Below are positions 23,691-32,867 of a stretch of 64,000 bases of DNA, piece after piece. The notes beneath the pieces were generated by a model. The model did not search any database. It was given only the letters and a program-made list of their open reading frames with translations, and was not told the origin of the DNA. Source of the stretch: Anaerolineales bacterium (GTDB taxonomy: Bacteria; Chloroflexota; Anaerolineae; Anaerolineales; UBA11579); NCBI GenBank assembly GCA_963675375.2, contig OY776212.2:3152567-3216566 (forward strand), in the 5' to 3' direction. The position numbers and the translations under genes were made by a program. The stretch's first letter is position 1. Every line of letters begins with the position of its first letter.

Positions 23691-25537
23691 GATTTATTTT
23701 TCCACCACGAACGCAATCCCCAACTTAATGACCCATGATCTCGCTGTAACTTATAAAACTTCATGGCAGCAGATCTGCAAATCGGATCCCGTTCTTTTAG
23801 AATGGCAGGGACCAGTTTCGCAAATTCCCACAAATTTTTCAGTACATCTTTAAAATATCCCCTTTTTATTCCACGGAGCAATGTGGCTGCCACTTTTCCA
23901 GGGAGAAATAGCACCATCAACCACAACGGGAATCGTGCCAAATAAATCGTAAGGAAATTATTTAAAAACATCGTATCCCGCGCCCCGCTGTGAATCCGTG
24001 CCTTTTCCGATGTGCGATGGTAAATAATTGAATCTGGGAAATAACAGATTTCGTACCCCGCGTCCATGACCCGTAAGCTAAACTCAAACCCTTCACACCC
24101 AAAAAAGAGCCGTTCCCAAAATCCACCTACCAGGTCAAAAATACTTTTCCGGATGGCTGCTCCACCCTCTGAAAAGCTGAAGGTGGTAAATGCTGTATCC
24201 TGCTGCTCCTTTGCCTCTTCCGAATAAGACCAACCGGTGTGCGGGTCAATTTTCATGGTGTCCGCATTGACAATCTTACTGTTCAACACGCCAACATTGG
24301 GGGCTTCTCGAAATTTTCGAACGACATGCTGTAAGCTATACGCGCCTAGGCTGGCGTCGCTGTCCAGGCAGAAAATGATTTCTCCACTGGCAATTTCTAC
24401 CCCATCATTTCTTGCGCTTATCCCCTTGTTTTGCCGGTGAGCGATTACCTTTACATCTGGGAAATAAGTATTCACAGCCTCAACCGTATCATCTTCTGAA
24501 CCGTTATCTACCAGAATCACTTCAAAATTCGAATACGCCTGGTTGTATACCGATTGGATCGTTTCCAGAACATCTTCTTTTCTGTTCCAGGTAATGATCA
24601 ACACACTCACCAATGGCTCGGTAGATTCTGTTTTTGTTATTACCTCAAAATCAAGTTCCCTATCTTCCAGTTCCCAATTTGGCAATTCCTTCAACCAAGG
24701 ATTTCTCCCCTTCCGTACCGCTTGCCCCACCGAGGTGCCTTCTAAAAACCAGATTTTGCTGCGAATATACCTTTGGTAAGTGGCAGAGGCCTTCCTACAT
24801 ATCGTTTTAGGTGTGTCTTTACTTCGCCCCGGCCACCGCCAAATGTTATATCTGTTTTGAAAACCAGAAATTGTGCCCAATCCAGCCTGGTATCCGGCTT
24901 TTAAAGCCTGATGCTGAATGTAAACATTTGATTCTCCACATGGATATGCCACAATCGGCACAGAAACTTGCAAGCGCTCTTCCAGCATGTCTTTTGAGTG
25001 CGCAAGTTCATGTTCCACCTGCTCTTTTGTCAGGAACAATAACCGTGAATGCGTGCAAGTATGGCTGCCAAAGGTAAATTCTTCCTGCTGCAATTCTTGG
25101 ATTTGTGACCAATTCATCAGTGGGATATGCACATTGGCTTCCCAATTGCTGGTCAATCCCACTCTGTCAACCACAATAAAAACTGTCGCCGGGAAATTCA
25201 TTTCTCGCAAATAGGGGGCCACCAAAAAATAAAAGTCCTCAGACCCATCATCAAATGTCAATGCAAAGCGTTTTTTAGGCAGCGACTTTATCGATGGTTG
25301 AAGCATTTCAAACAGAGAGACACATTCAAATCCCTTCTGATGAAGAGTTTCCATCTGGCTTTTAAAATCATCCAACATAACAGAACAACCGGGAGAAATG
25401 TGGGGATGATCCTTATCCACAATATTGTGATAAACCAAAATCGGGGGACACCGATCCACAATATCTTGGTCATCCAACAGTGCCAGATGATCGAGATTTT
25501 CCTTTTGAGGGTAAACCCGCAAAGTCGTTTCTAACAA
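23687..25537 (-). CDS. Bifunctional fusion: N-terminal CE4 polysaccharide deacetylase (NodB) domain plus C-terminal GT2 glycosyltransferase domain
   Basis: 616 aa. NodB motifs FALTFDDG and HTCTHSRL. GT2 signature VSVLIITWNRKEDVLETIQSVYNQAYSNFEVILVDNGSEDDT and CLDSDA. Confidence 0.7.
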   Translation of the reverse strand: MLETTLRVYPQKENLDHLALLDDQDIVDRCPPILVYHNIVDKDHPHISPGCSVMLDDFKSQMETLHQKGFECVSLFEMLQPSIKSLPKKRFALTFDDGSEDFYFLVAPYLREMNFPATVFIVVDRVGLTSNWEANVHIPLMNWSQIQELQQEEFTFGSHTCTHSRLLFLTKEQVEHELAHSKDMLEERLQVSVPIVAYPCGESNVYIQHQALKAGYQAGLGTISGFQNRYNIWRWPGRSKDTPKTICRKASATYQRYIRSKIWFLEGTSVGQAVRKGRNPWLKELPNWELEDRELDFEVITKTESTEPLVSVLIITWNRKEDVLETIQSVYNQAYSNFEVILVDNGSEDDTVEAVNTYFPDVKVIAHRQNKGISARNDGVEIASGEIIFCLDSDASLGAYSLQHVVRKFREAPNVGVLNSKIVNADTMKIDPHTGWSYSEEAKEQQDTAFTTFSFSEGGAAIRKSIFDLVGGFWERLFFGCEGFEFSLRVMDAGYEICYFPDSIIYHRTSEKARIHSGARDTMFLNNFLTIYLARFPLWLMVLFLPGKVAATLLRGIKRGYFKDVLKNLWEFAKLVPAILKERDPICRSAAMKFYKLQRDHGSLSWGLRSWWKNKS

Positions 25538-25538
25538 T

Positions 25539-26720
25539 TCAGTTCCCCTTTCCTTGCTGGTCCTCTACCTCTTTTTTCTTCCGCCAGGAGAGAAACTTCT
25601 TGGTTAGAAATTCATTCTTTTTTACCCATTCTCGTACACCTTCATAAACCTCAGCACCCATTCGCAAGATAAAAGACCGTAATTTACGGGGATATAATTC
25701 AATATTTACTCTTGGCTTTAGCTGGTTCGTCCACAGCTCTTTCCAGTCATAATAAGTGCCCCAATCAATCATCCGAATACCCTGGTTGGTCACCTCATCC
25801 ACAAACAATTCCATCAGGATCACCATCGGGGAATATTTATAAAATTCTGGATCATAAGCAATTAATTGGATCAACGCCACCTCATCGGTTATAAAAGAAA
25901 TTAACTGCCCCATCGTGACCCAACCAGCTTTTAATGTATACAGATTTAATTTCCCCCGATCTAATAGCTTTGCCCCAGCTTCTCGATAGAAATCGCATTG
26001 TGCGGGATAATTAAACTGGCTCGGCGTGAAAGTCTCATCCCAGCGCTTCCGGTGAAGATCAAAGAATTTCTCAACCTCTTTCTCATACTGAGAAGAATCC
26101 TTACACCAGCTAAGTTCCAAATTACCAAGTTCACGTGCAGCTTTCCGTATCCGGTTCGCAACCCTGTGTTTACGCTTTTTATCCAGCGAATCCTGATACT
26201 CTTGCCAGGTCGATTCCAACTGCAAGTACGCACATTCATCTTGAGCAGAACGCAGCTTCCAGCCTAATTCTTGTGCTTTTTCCAGGATTGCTTTTGTGGT
26301 TGGAAGTTCATCTAAAAGGTGAAAAAGATTGAGAATGTCCCACTCAGATTGATAGGTTTGCAGATAATCAAAAATACAACCTAAAACTTCCTCACCAGAT
26401 TCCCCGATCAACAATCGCTGATAATTCGACTCTTCAGCCGCAATAATTTCAAGTGACCGGACAGCAAGCCCATATTTTCGCGTTTCACTTATTTTCAATG
26501 GCGCAATTGCAACCACACTATCCGCATCTTCAACCACAAGAATATACAGCAAAGCATCTTGCGAAAAATATTTCCAATAAGTACACTGCCATTCAAAAGA
26601 TAATTCAACCGCATTTTTATCAGTATCATCCAGCAGTTGGTTCCAGATACCGGATAACTCTAAAGCATCCTCATATTTTTCAATTCTTTTTATGGTCAAA
26701 CTGTTCTTACTCATAATCAT
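25539..26720 (-). CDS. CelD/BcsL-like GNAT-fold acyltransferase (FemAB-like)
   Basis: 393 aa. Layout and motifs (WNQLLDD..., SFEWQCTYWKYF, LIAYDPEFYKYSP) resemble the cellulose-biosynthesis CelD-like acetyltransferase family. Confidence 0.5.
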   Translation of the reverse strand: MIMSKNSLTIKRIEKYEDALELSGIWNQLLDDTDKNAVELSFEWQCTYWKYFSQDALLYILVVEDADSVVAIAPLKISETRKYGLAVRSLEIIAAEESNYQRLLIGESGEEVLGCIFDYLQTYQSEWDILNLFHLLDELPTTKAILEKAQELGWKLRSAQDECAYLQLESTWQEYQDSLDKKRKHRVANRIRKAARELGNLELSWCKDSSQYEKEVEKFFDLHRKRWDETFTPSQFNYPAQCDFYREAGAKLLDRGKLNLYTLKAGWVTMGQLISFITDEVALIQLIAYDPEFYKYSPMVILMELFVDEVTNQGIRMIDWGTYYDWKELWTNQLKPRVNIELYPRKLRSFILRMGAEVYEGVREWVKKNEFLTKKFLSWRKKKEVEDQQGKGN

Positions 26721-26732
26721 CCCTCAAACACA

Positions 26733-27908
26733 TCACTCCTCATTTGGCTTTCGAAAAAGACCATTTGCCCGAACTGCGTGTTTGTGATGAGAGACAATCA
26801 TCTCATGATAGAGTGAAATCATCTTAGGCGTGGTTGCAGACTGATGGTCGTCAAGCCACTTTCGGGCATTTCTACCCATTTCTTTTCTCAGGGAGTCGTT
26901 TTTTAGCAAATACACAATTGAATCTGCGAGCACTTTGGGGTTATGCGGTGGAATCAGAATGCCTGTCTTATTCTGTTCAACATACTCCGACAAACACCCC
27001 ACGTCGGTAACCACAACCGGCTTCCCAAATTGGTATGCAGTCAACAACACCCCACTTGTGGATGCCGATAAATATGGAAGTGCCACCAGGGAACACCGGC
27101 TGAATAATGCTGCCATTTTTTCGGGAACAATATACCCCTCATGTATTTCATAGGGCCCAAAGTCCTCAATTTTATTTTTGCATATTTGTAAATTTTCCCC
27201 ATGAGATGCAATAATGATCTTTGCTTCTGGCACCAATTCATTGATCCGCGGTTGTGCCTCAATTAAATATTCCAATCCCTTATGCGGGTCCGATCGACCA
27301 AAAAACAACACCTCTTTCTCTTCTTTTTCGTCTGAATCCAACCACTTTTCTGATGTTGTCCGTGCCCCTAAAGGCACATGCCTGATCCGGTTAGGGTTGA
27401 TTTGGTATTCTTCGCCCACACTTCCCACCATATTGCAGCAGTTCACCAACAGCATATCCGATCCGGCAATCAAAATGCGGTTAATCGGCTTCGTATACCG
27501 CCCTAAATGGTCCCCGAAATTCGCCTCCGGCACAATCAAAGTAGAGATTACCGGAATTTTACGGACAAGCACCGCCAAAATAGCCAACCACGGTTCCGAC
27601 GGGCCGGCTAAAATATGCAGCACATCCACCTTATCCTTCAAGATCGTCTTTCTTATTTTAAGGAAAGTGCTCAAAGAACGTGGGTCTCTCATGCGAGGAA
27701 GTTCAAATAAATTCACTTTGCTATTGGGGGGAGTCACGCCTCTGTGAGCTAAGATTTCTCGATATTCTTGTGGCGTTTCTCCATTCCGAATTAACGAATG
27801 CTGGCTAAAATAAAAAGAAATCTGATGCCCCTCCTTGGAAAGCACATCACCAAGGTCAAAGGCTGTATCCATATCCGTTAGTGTAATTAATCCAACATGT
27901 AAACTCAC
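26733..27908 (-). CDS. GT4-family glycosyltransferase
   Basis: The ORF track starts at a TTG (27923). I prefer the GTG at 27908, which overlaps the upstream TGA (GTGA) and lies 7 nt after GGGGAG. Motifs: GRSDPHKGLEYLIEA and FGKPVVVTDVG. Confidence 0.65.
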   Translation of the reverse strand: MSLHVGLITLTDMDTAFDLGDVLSKEGHQISFYFSQHSLIRNGETPQEYREILAHRGVTPPNSKVNLFELPRMRDPRSLSTFLKIRKTILKDKVDVLHILAGPSEPWLAILAVLVRKIPVISTLIVPEANFGDHLGRYTKPINRILIAGSDMLLVNCCNMVGSVGEEYQINPNRIRHVPLGARTTSEKWLDSDEKEEKEVLFFGRSDPHKGLEYLIEAQPRINELVPEAKIIIASHGENLQICKNKIEDFGPYEIHEGYIVPEKMAALFSRCSLVALPYLSASTSGVLLTAYQFGKPVVVTDVGCLSEYVEQNKTGILIPPHNPKVLADSIVYLLKNDSLRKEMGRNARKWLDDHQSATTPKMISLYHEMIVSHHKHAVRANGLFRKPNEE

Positions 27909-29110
27909 CCGCCTACTCCCCAAAGAATCCCTTTGTCCAGAGCATCATCTTCTGATACTGATTCCTTTTCAATCATCTCTAAAACCATTAATGCATCCAG
28001 GAAAAATTTTGCAGCCCAATTCGGTAAGACATAAGGTAGATATCCTCCATTGATCGGGAATGAACCCCATACTCCTCCCCGACTGCCAATATCCTGATCC
28101 TGTAACATCTGTGTCGTTTTTATATACGAAACTGCTTTAGAGGCTGCCAATAAATATTCTGATTCCTTCGTAATGTTGTAAATTTTCGCCCACACAATCG
28201 CCATCTGAGCAGTTCCTGTTAAACAACACCAGGGCACATGAATCCCCCAGCCTGCGGAAAACTCACCGGCCAATTGCCCGTCTTCCCGTTGGGTTTTAGC
28301 CACCGCCAATGCAGCTTTTTTCGCTGCCGCCAAATAAGCTTCGTTTTCTAAAATTAGTCCCGCTTCAAACAAACCGCGGATTGTATACGCAATCGTATGC
28401 AAGGAAGGCATTTCATCGGTAGAAAAAGCCGCATTCGAAAACCAACCATCTTCCATTTGCTGTTTCAAAACCCAATCCAGGTTCTTCACAGCTGCATCTT
28501 GCATTTTTATATTTTTCAATTCTTTGGCAGCTTCTAACAATGCCCATGCCACTCTAGCATGGTACGTTGTAGGAATACTATGATATGTTCCTCTAATCCA
28601 AGAGCCGTCATCCTCTTGAATAGCGGCCAACCAATTTCCCGCCTTTTCAACCGCGTTCAAATACATTTCAGGCCAACCGCTTCTGCATCCAGCAATTAAA
28701 CCGAGCATCACCTGCCCCGTATCAAACACCAATCCTCTAAATGGATTATCTCTGCTTGCCCAACTTCCATTCTCAAGTTGCAGGGAAAGCAACCAATTCG
28801 CCATCCGTACGGATCGCCCAACCCATTCATCTTTCTGCACCATTTTGGCATATGCCAAAAAAGTTGGGATGATATACCCTGTTGTTTCCGGGTAACTAAA
28901 ATCCCATCCTGTACGTAAAGAATACAAAGCAGCTACCCCACCATCAGGAGTAGCATCATGCGCAGCAGCCAGCCATTCTGCGGTAGCCTTCATATGTTCC
29001 AAATGGCTTCCGGGGTGGCTTCTTTTCTGCTGCCAGAGACTTTTTAAAAGCATACCTCGAGAGCTTATAAATCCCCGTAGTCTTTCAAAAGCACCTCTTG
29101 TATCAATCAT
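27905..29110 (-). CDS. Alpha/alpha-toroid protein with prenyltransferase/squalene-cyclase-like repeats
   Basis: Repeated (E/Q)xDG(S/G)W-type motifs: LENGSWASRDN, QEDDGSWIRGTY, QMEDGWFSNA, QREDGQLAGEF. ATG at 29110 overlaps the upstream TGA (ATGA) after GGAGG. The track start at 29131 is also possible. Confidence 0.5.
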   Translation of the reverse strand: MIDTRGAFERLRGFISSRGMLLKSLWQQKRSHPGSHLEHMKATAEWLAAAHDATPDGGVAALYSLRTGWDFSYPETTGYIIPTFLAYAKMVQKDEWVGRSVRMANWLLSLQLENGSWASRDNPFRGLVFDTGQVMLGLIAGCRSGWPEMYLNAVEKAGNWLAAIQEDDGSWIRGTYHSIPTTYHARVAWALLEAAKELKNIKMQDAAVKNLDWVLKQQMEDGWFSNAAFSTDEMPSLHTIAYTIRGLFEAGLILENEAYLAAAKKAALAVAKTQREDGQLAGEFSAGWGIHVPWCCLTGTAQMAIVWAKIYNITKESEYLLAASKAVSYIKTTQMLQDQDIGSRGGVWGSFPINGGYLPYVLPNWAAKFFLDALMVLEMIEKESVSEDDALDKGILWGVGG

Positions 29111-30300
29111 TCCCCCTCCAATGCCTGCCATTCCTGAGACCCAATCAACTGATCAAAAAGGAAAGCCCAGTCATACTTTCTCGCGTGTTCTGCCGCACGC
29201 GCAGAAGTGTTTTTTAGTAATTCATCATCCCCCAACAACAATAAAGCCTTTTCTGCAAAATCCTCTGCATCGAAAGGAACGGCATACCCCGCCCCAGATT
29301 CTTCAATGATCCGCTCGGTTTCGCCAACCTTTGAGCCGACTACAGGCAACCCTGCCGCCATATATTCAACCACTTTCAAAGGAAAAGCAAATTTCATCAA
29401 ATCTGTTGGAGTAAATAAAGCAACCCCCACATCTGCTTGGGCTAAGTAGTTAGGCAAATCCTCATAAGGCTGGGGAGCAATAAAATCCACCCGATCTTCT
29501 AAACCAAGGTCTTCTACAATTCCCCGCAAATATTGAGCATAGTCATCCTGGTTGTACCCAATGATCATAAATCGCGCATCTGGGATCGTCTTTACAATCT
29601 CAGCAAACCCTCGAATAGCAACATCTACGCCATATTCTTCTGCCAATTTCCCAATATATACCAATGTTGGGGGGTGATCTCCCTTCTTCTGTGCTTGTGA
29701 AAAGAGGGGATAATTTACACCATTAGGGATCACAATCGTCTTATCTGCCCCCTGGTTTTCACGGAGTTTTGCTAACAAATATCCTACACTGACGACCAGA
29801 TTAGCATGTGAAGCACACCATTTCTCGCGGTAGTGGATTACATTTTTTATCATCCGAGAATGGTCAAAGCCCTCATAGTAATCCCAATCATCATAAACGA
29901 TCGTTTTTACAATCCCTCGCCGTTTCAACCACACCGGCAAATAAGCATTATCTGGATTGCCATAAATACAAACCTCATACTGCTTATTTTTTAAACGTCC
30001 TAACTGGAAAGCAGCCCAAAAATCTTGCGCCACAAAATCAAAACGACCAGGAAGGCGGCGAAGCAGCAATTGCATGCCATTTGCGCGCTCAATTACTTCA
30101 ACCTGTTCACCACTTTTTACGCCCTCTCGGAATCTCTGCCACGATCCAACTTGCTCTGCCCCGGAATAAAACCGGCGCAATGAGATCACATCCACTTTTG
30201 CACCTTTCTCTTCTAAGAAACGCACAAAATGGTGGGCGCGGTGATTTGGGTGGATTGTAAAATCACTCCCCGCGATGAACAAGATTTTCACATTTCTCAT
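29107..30300 (-). CDS. GT4-family glycosyltransferase
   Basis: Start trimmed to MRNVKILFIAGSDF (ATG 30300), just after the sulfotransferase stop at 30305. C-terminal FPLKVVEYMAAGLPVVGSKVGE. Confidence 0.65.
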   Translation of the reverse strand: MRNVKILFIAGSDFTIHPNHRAHHFVRFLEEKGAKVDVISLRRFYSGAEQVGSWQRFREGVKSGEQVEVIERANGMQLLLRRLPGRFDFVAQDFWAAFQLGRLKNKQYEVCIYGNPDNAYLPVWLKRRGIVKTIVYDDWDYYEGFDHSRMIKNVIHYREKWCASHANLVVSVGYLLAKLRENQGADKTIVIPNGVNYPLFSQAQKKGDHPPTLVYIGKLAEEYGVDVAIRGFAEIVKTIPDARFMIIGYNQDDYAQYLRGIVEDLGLEDRVDFIAPQPYEDLPNYLAQADVGVALFTPTDLMKFAFPLKVVEYMAAGLPVVGSKVGETERIIEESGAGYAVPFDAEDFAEKALLLLGDDELLKNTSARAAEHARKYDWAFLFDQLIGSQEWQALEGE

Positions 30301-30304
30301 CCGT

Positions 30305-31306
30305 TCATCCCTTTTTCTCTCCATTGGTTGGAAAATGTAATACTCTTTCAGCCGGGCATGGAGAAGCAGCCTGATAAGTACTGATTTCAAAAATATCTAA
30401 AATTTCCTGTACATTTACCAAATCTGCTGCAGTCACTTGTGACAGCCACTTCTCCACCAAATACTCGCGCTTATTTTGCAAGATCGCCTCATTAGATTGC
30501 GTATTGCTAAATTCTCTGCTGGAAGATGGCGTGTTTATCTTGGCGTACATTCTCTTATTAGAGACGATAGAAAGCTTATTCACCAGGAGATCGATAACTT
30601 GTTCCGCCTTAATTACCAATTCCTCATAAGTCAAAGCCAAATCTATTTGCGCCGCATACTTCAAGGGGTAAAGGTTTTCAAATACCCAATTCAAAACGCC
30701 TTTTTCAAGGTCTGTCCCATTTCCCAATACCTTATGAGCCAACCGAATCTGCTCCCCAGATAAGTATTGATTTGCAAAAAAATCGTCTTCCAAATATGCG
30801 GGGGCCGTATTTTGCCACCCGGCTCGCATTACAGACAGCGCTTGGGGAATCGGATGGCGGACCAAATAAATGATGATCGGTTTAAACTGCTTGGCAAACC
30901 AATCCATCATCGGCAAAGAGTCACACTCCTTGATTAAAGTACGGTGTTTTGGCAGTAAATAAGGCTCACACAAAACTTTATTTTGGCAGGAAAGGAGCAT
31001 ATTAAAATAACGGATAACTTGTTTCTGCTCTTCTTGTGTAACTCCAATGAATTGGCTCAAGTATTTATCCGGAAGTAATTGCTGCTTGATCAATTTTCTT
31101 TCAGCATCATAGTCGTTCAAATCAAGCGGTTGATCAATCAGTCGTATATGCGGTGCGCTGGCAATCAAACTTGCCAAATAAGAAGACCCCCCTCTTCGGC
31201 TGGAGAATAAAAATATATTTGGATCTTTATCTTGGGAATAAAGCCAATCTGAAGGAAGTCTATAAAATAAAAAAGTTTTTACCCGTGTTTTCAAATTTGA
31301 TATCAT
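30305..31306 (-). CDS. Sulfotransferase-family protein (PAPS-dependent)
   Basis: 333 aa. 5'-PSB-like IFLFSSRRGGSSYL and 3'-PB-like IIIYLVRHPIPQALS motifs at the expected spacing. Confidence 0.55.
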   Translation of the reverse strand: MISNLKTRVKTFLFYRLPSDWLYSQDKDPNIFLFSSRRGGSSYLASLIASAPHIRLIDQPLDLNDYDAERKLIKQQLLPDKYLSQFIGVTQEEQKQVIRYFNMLLSCQNKVLCEPYLLPKHRTLIKECDSLPMMDWFAKQFKPIIIYLVRHPIPQALSVMRAGWQNTAPAYLEDDFFANQYLSGEQIRLAHKVLGNGTDLEKGVLNWVFENLYPLKYAAQIDLALTYEELVIKAEQVIDLLVNKLSIVSNKRMYAKINTPSSSREFSNTQSNEAILQNKREYLVEKWLSQVTAADLVNVQEILDIFEISTYQAASPCPAERVLHFPTNGEKKG

Positions 31307-31328
31307 CGCAATAAATTCTCACTACCAC

Positions 31329-32819
31329 TCATTTTCCCGGATATTCAGTTACTCTTGGTTTTGATAAATGCAAAAATGATTTTGCTTCTTGGAAAACAAC
31401 TCCCAACTCCTCGGTTGTTATTGCAGAAAATACAACAGCAAGAATTGGATAAACGCACAACACTAACAATCTCACAATATATGATTCTGGGTTGATAAAT
31501 AAAACAAACCCCCATAATACGGCAAAAAGAATCAAAGGTTTTAAGAAACTGATTGGCTTTATCCTTAATCCTTTTTTAGACAAGAAATACATGTTCAAAG
31601 GGATCGCAATAGAAAACCCTATCACTGTTGCCCATGCGCCACCAAGGATGCCAAATTGAGGAATTAGTAGCAGATTTCCTAATAAACTTACTGCAGCAAG
31701 AGCAGCCATTATGTATGCAGGCTTATCAGATTGTCCAATTCCTACCAAGGAGTAACCTAATGTATGTTCGACAATCGTCAAGCTGAACCCGACCATCAAT
31801 AATGTAAATACAGGAGCAATTGATTGATAATCGGGAGAGAATAAAATAGAAATAATTTCTTTTCCAAAAAGAAGTACAAATACAGAACCGAATAAACTGA
31901 AAAAGATCAACCAGCGAATCGCGGAAGATAATGTTTGTGTAGTTTTATCATTATCACCTTGAGCAAATTGGTTTGCGAACAAAGGGAAATATACAGATTT
32001 GAAAGAATTGTACAATCGGATAAGTGCATCTGGGATTTTCCTTGCTATTTCATATAATGCAATTTCAGCTGGGCCAAGGAGTGCGCCAATAAATAGCGAG
32101 TCAAATCGCTGGTAACCGAAACTAAACACATTGTTTAATAGCAGCGGGAACCCAAAAATAATCATCTCCTTCAATATTCCAATATTTATTTCTATTCGTT
32201 TCTGAACTGGTATTACCCAAAATTTATACAAGCAAGTAAGCAATTGGGATATGACCCTCGCATAGATCAATCCAATAATTCCAAGGTTCAACCAGACAAT
32301 GAAAATAACGATAAGGACAAATTTCAAGATAGAACCAGAGGAAGATGCTATTGCCGATTTTTGAAACTGCTCAAATCCTTCTAATAAGCAATCAAGCAAT
32401 TCTGAAAAACTCTCCAATGTAAAGATTATGGGAAGATAAACAATATATTCCAACAAAGAGGGAGAGGAAAACAAATCTCTAAATATGGGTGCAGCTATCC
32501 AGGTCAACACCCCCACCAACAATAAGACAAAGAAACGGAAAAGCAGCACCGAATTGACCAATTGCCGCCGGTACAATGGTTCTTCATTGCTAGCAATATA
32601 CTTTGTAGTTGTCAGGTTTAATCCAAAACCACTAAACTGAGTAATCAGGCTCGAATTCACTTCCAACAGAACAAAAGTGCCAAAAACTGCCATGGACATT
32701 TCTCGTACAATAATCCTGGTGCTGATTAAGCCAAGCAATTGGACAACTGTATTCCCTAAGCCTACCGGAACAACACCTTTGATAAAACGGTTCAAGAACG
32801 AAGGTTTATCATTCATCAC
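31329..32819 (-). CDS. Wzx-type polysaccharide flippase (MOP superfamily)
   Basis: 496 aa with about 12-14 hydrophobic helices. N-terminal GLGNTVVQLLGLISTRIIVR pattern is typical of polysaccharide biosynthesis/export proteins. Confidence 0.65.
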   Translation of the reverse strand: MMNDKPSFLNRFIKGVVPVGLGNTVVQLLGLISTRIIVREMSMAVFGTFVLLEVNSSLITQFSGFGLNLTTTKYIASNEEPLYRRQLVNSVLLFRFFVLLLVGVLTWIAAPIFRDLFSSPSLLEYIVYLPIIFTLESFSELLDCLLEGFEQFQKSAIASSSGSILKFVLIVIFIVWLNLGIIGLIYARVISQLLTCLYKFWVIPVQKRIEINIGILKEMIIFGFPLLLNNVFSFGYQRFDSLFIGALLGPAEIALYEIARKIPDALIRLYNSFKSVYFPLFANQFAQGDNDKTTQTLSSAIRWLIFFSLFGSVFVLLFGKEIISILFSPDYQSIAPVFTLLMVGFSLTIVEHTLGYSLVGIGQSDKPAYIMAALAAVSLLGNLLLIPQFGILGGAWATVIGFSIAIPLNMYFLSKKGLRIKPISFLKPLILFAVLWGFVLFINPESYIVRLLVLCVYPILAVVFSAITTEELGVVFQEAKSFLHLSKPRVTEYPGK

Positions 32820-32867
32820 TCAGACCTGTTGAAACGATTTCTTTACAATGGCGATAAATGACCTCAT

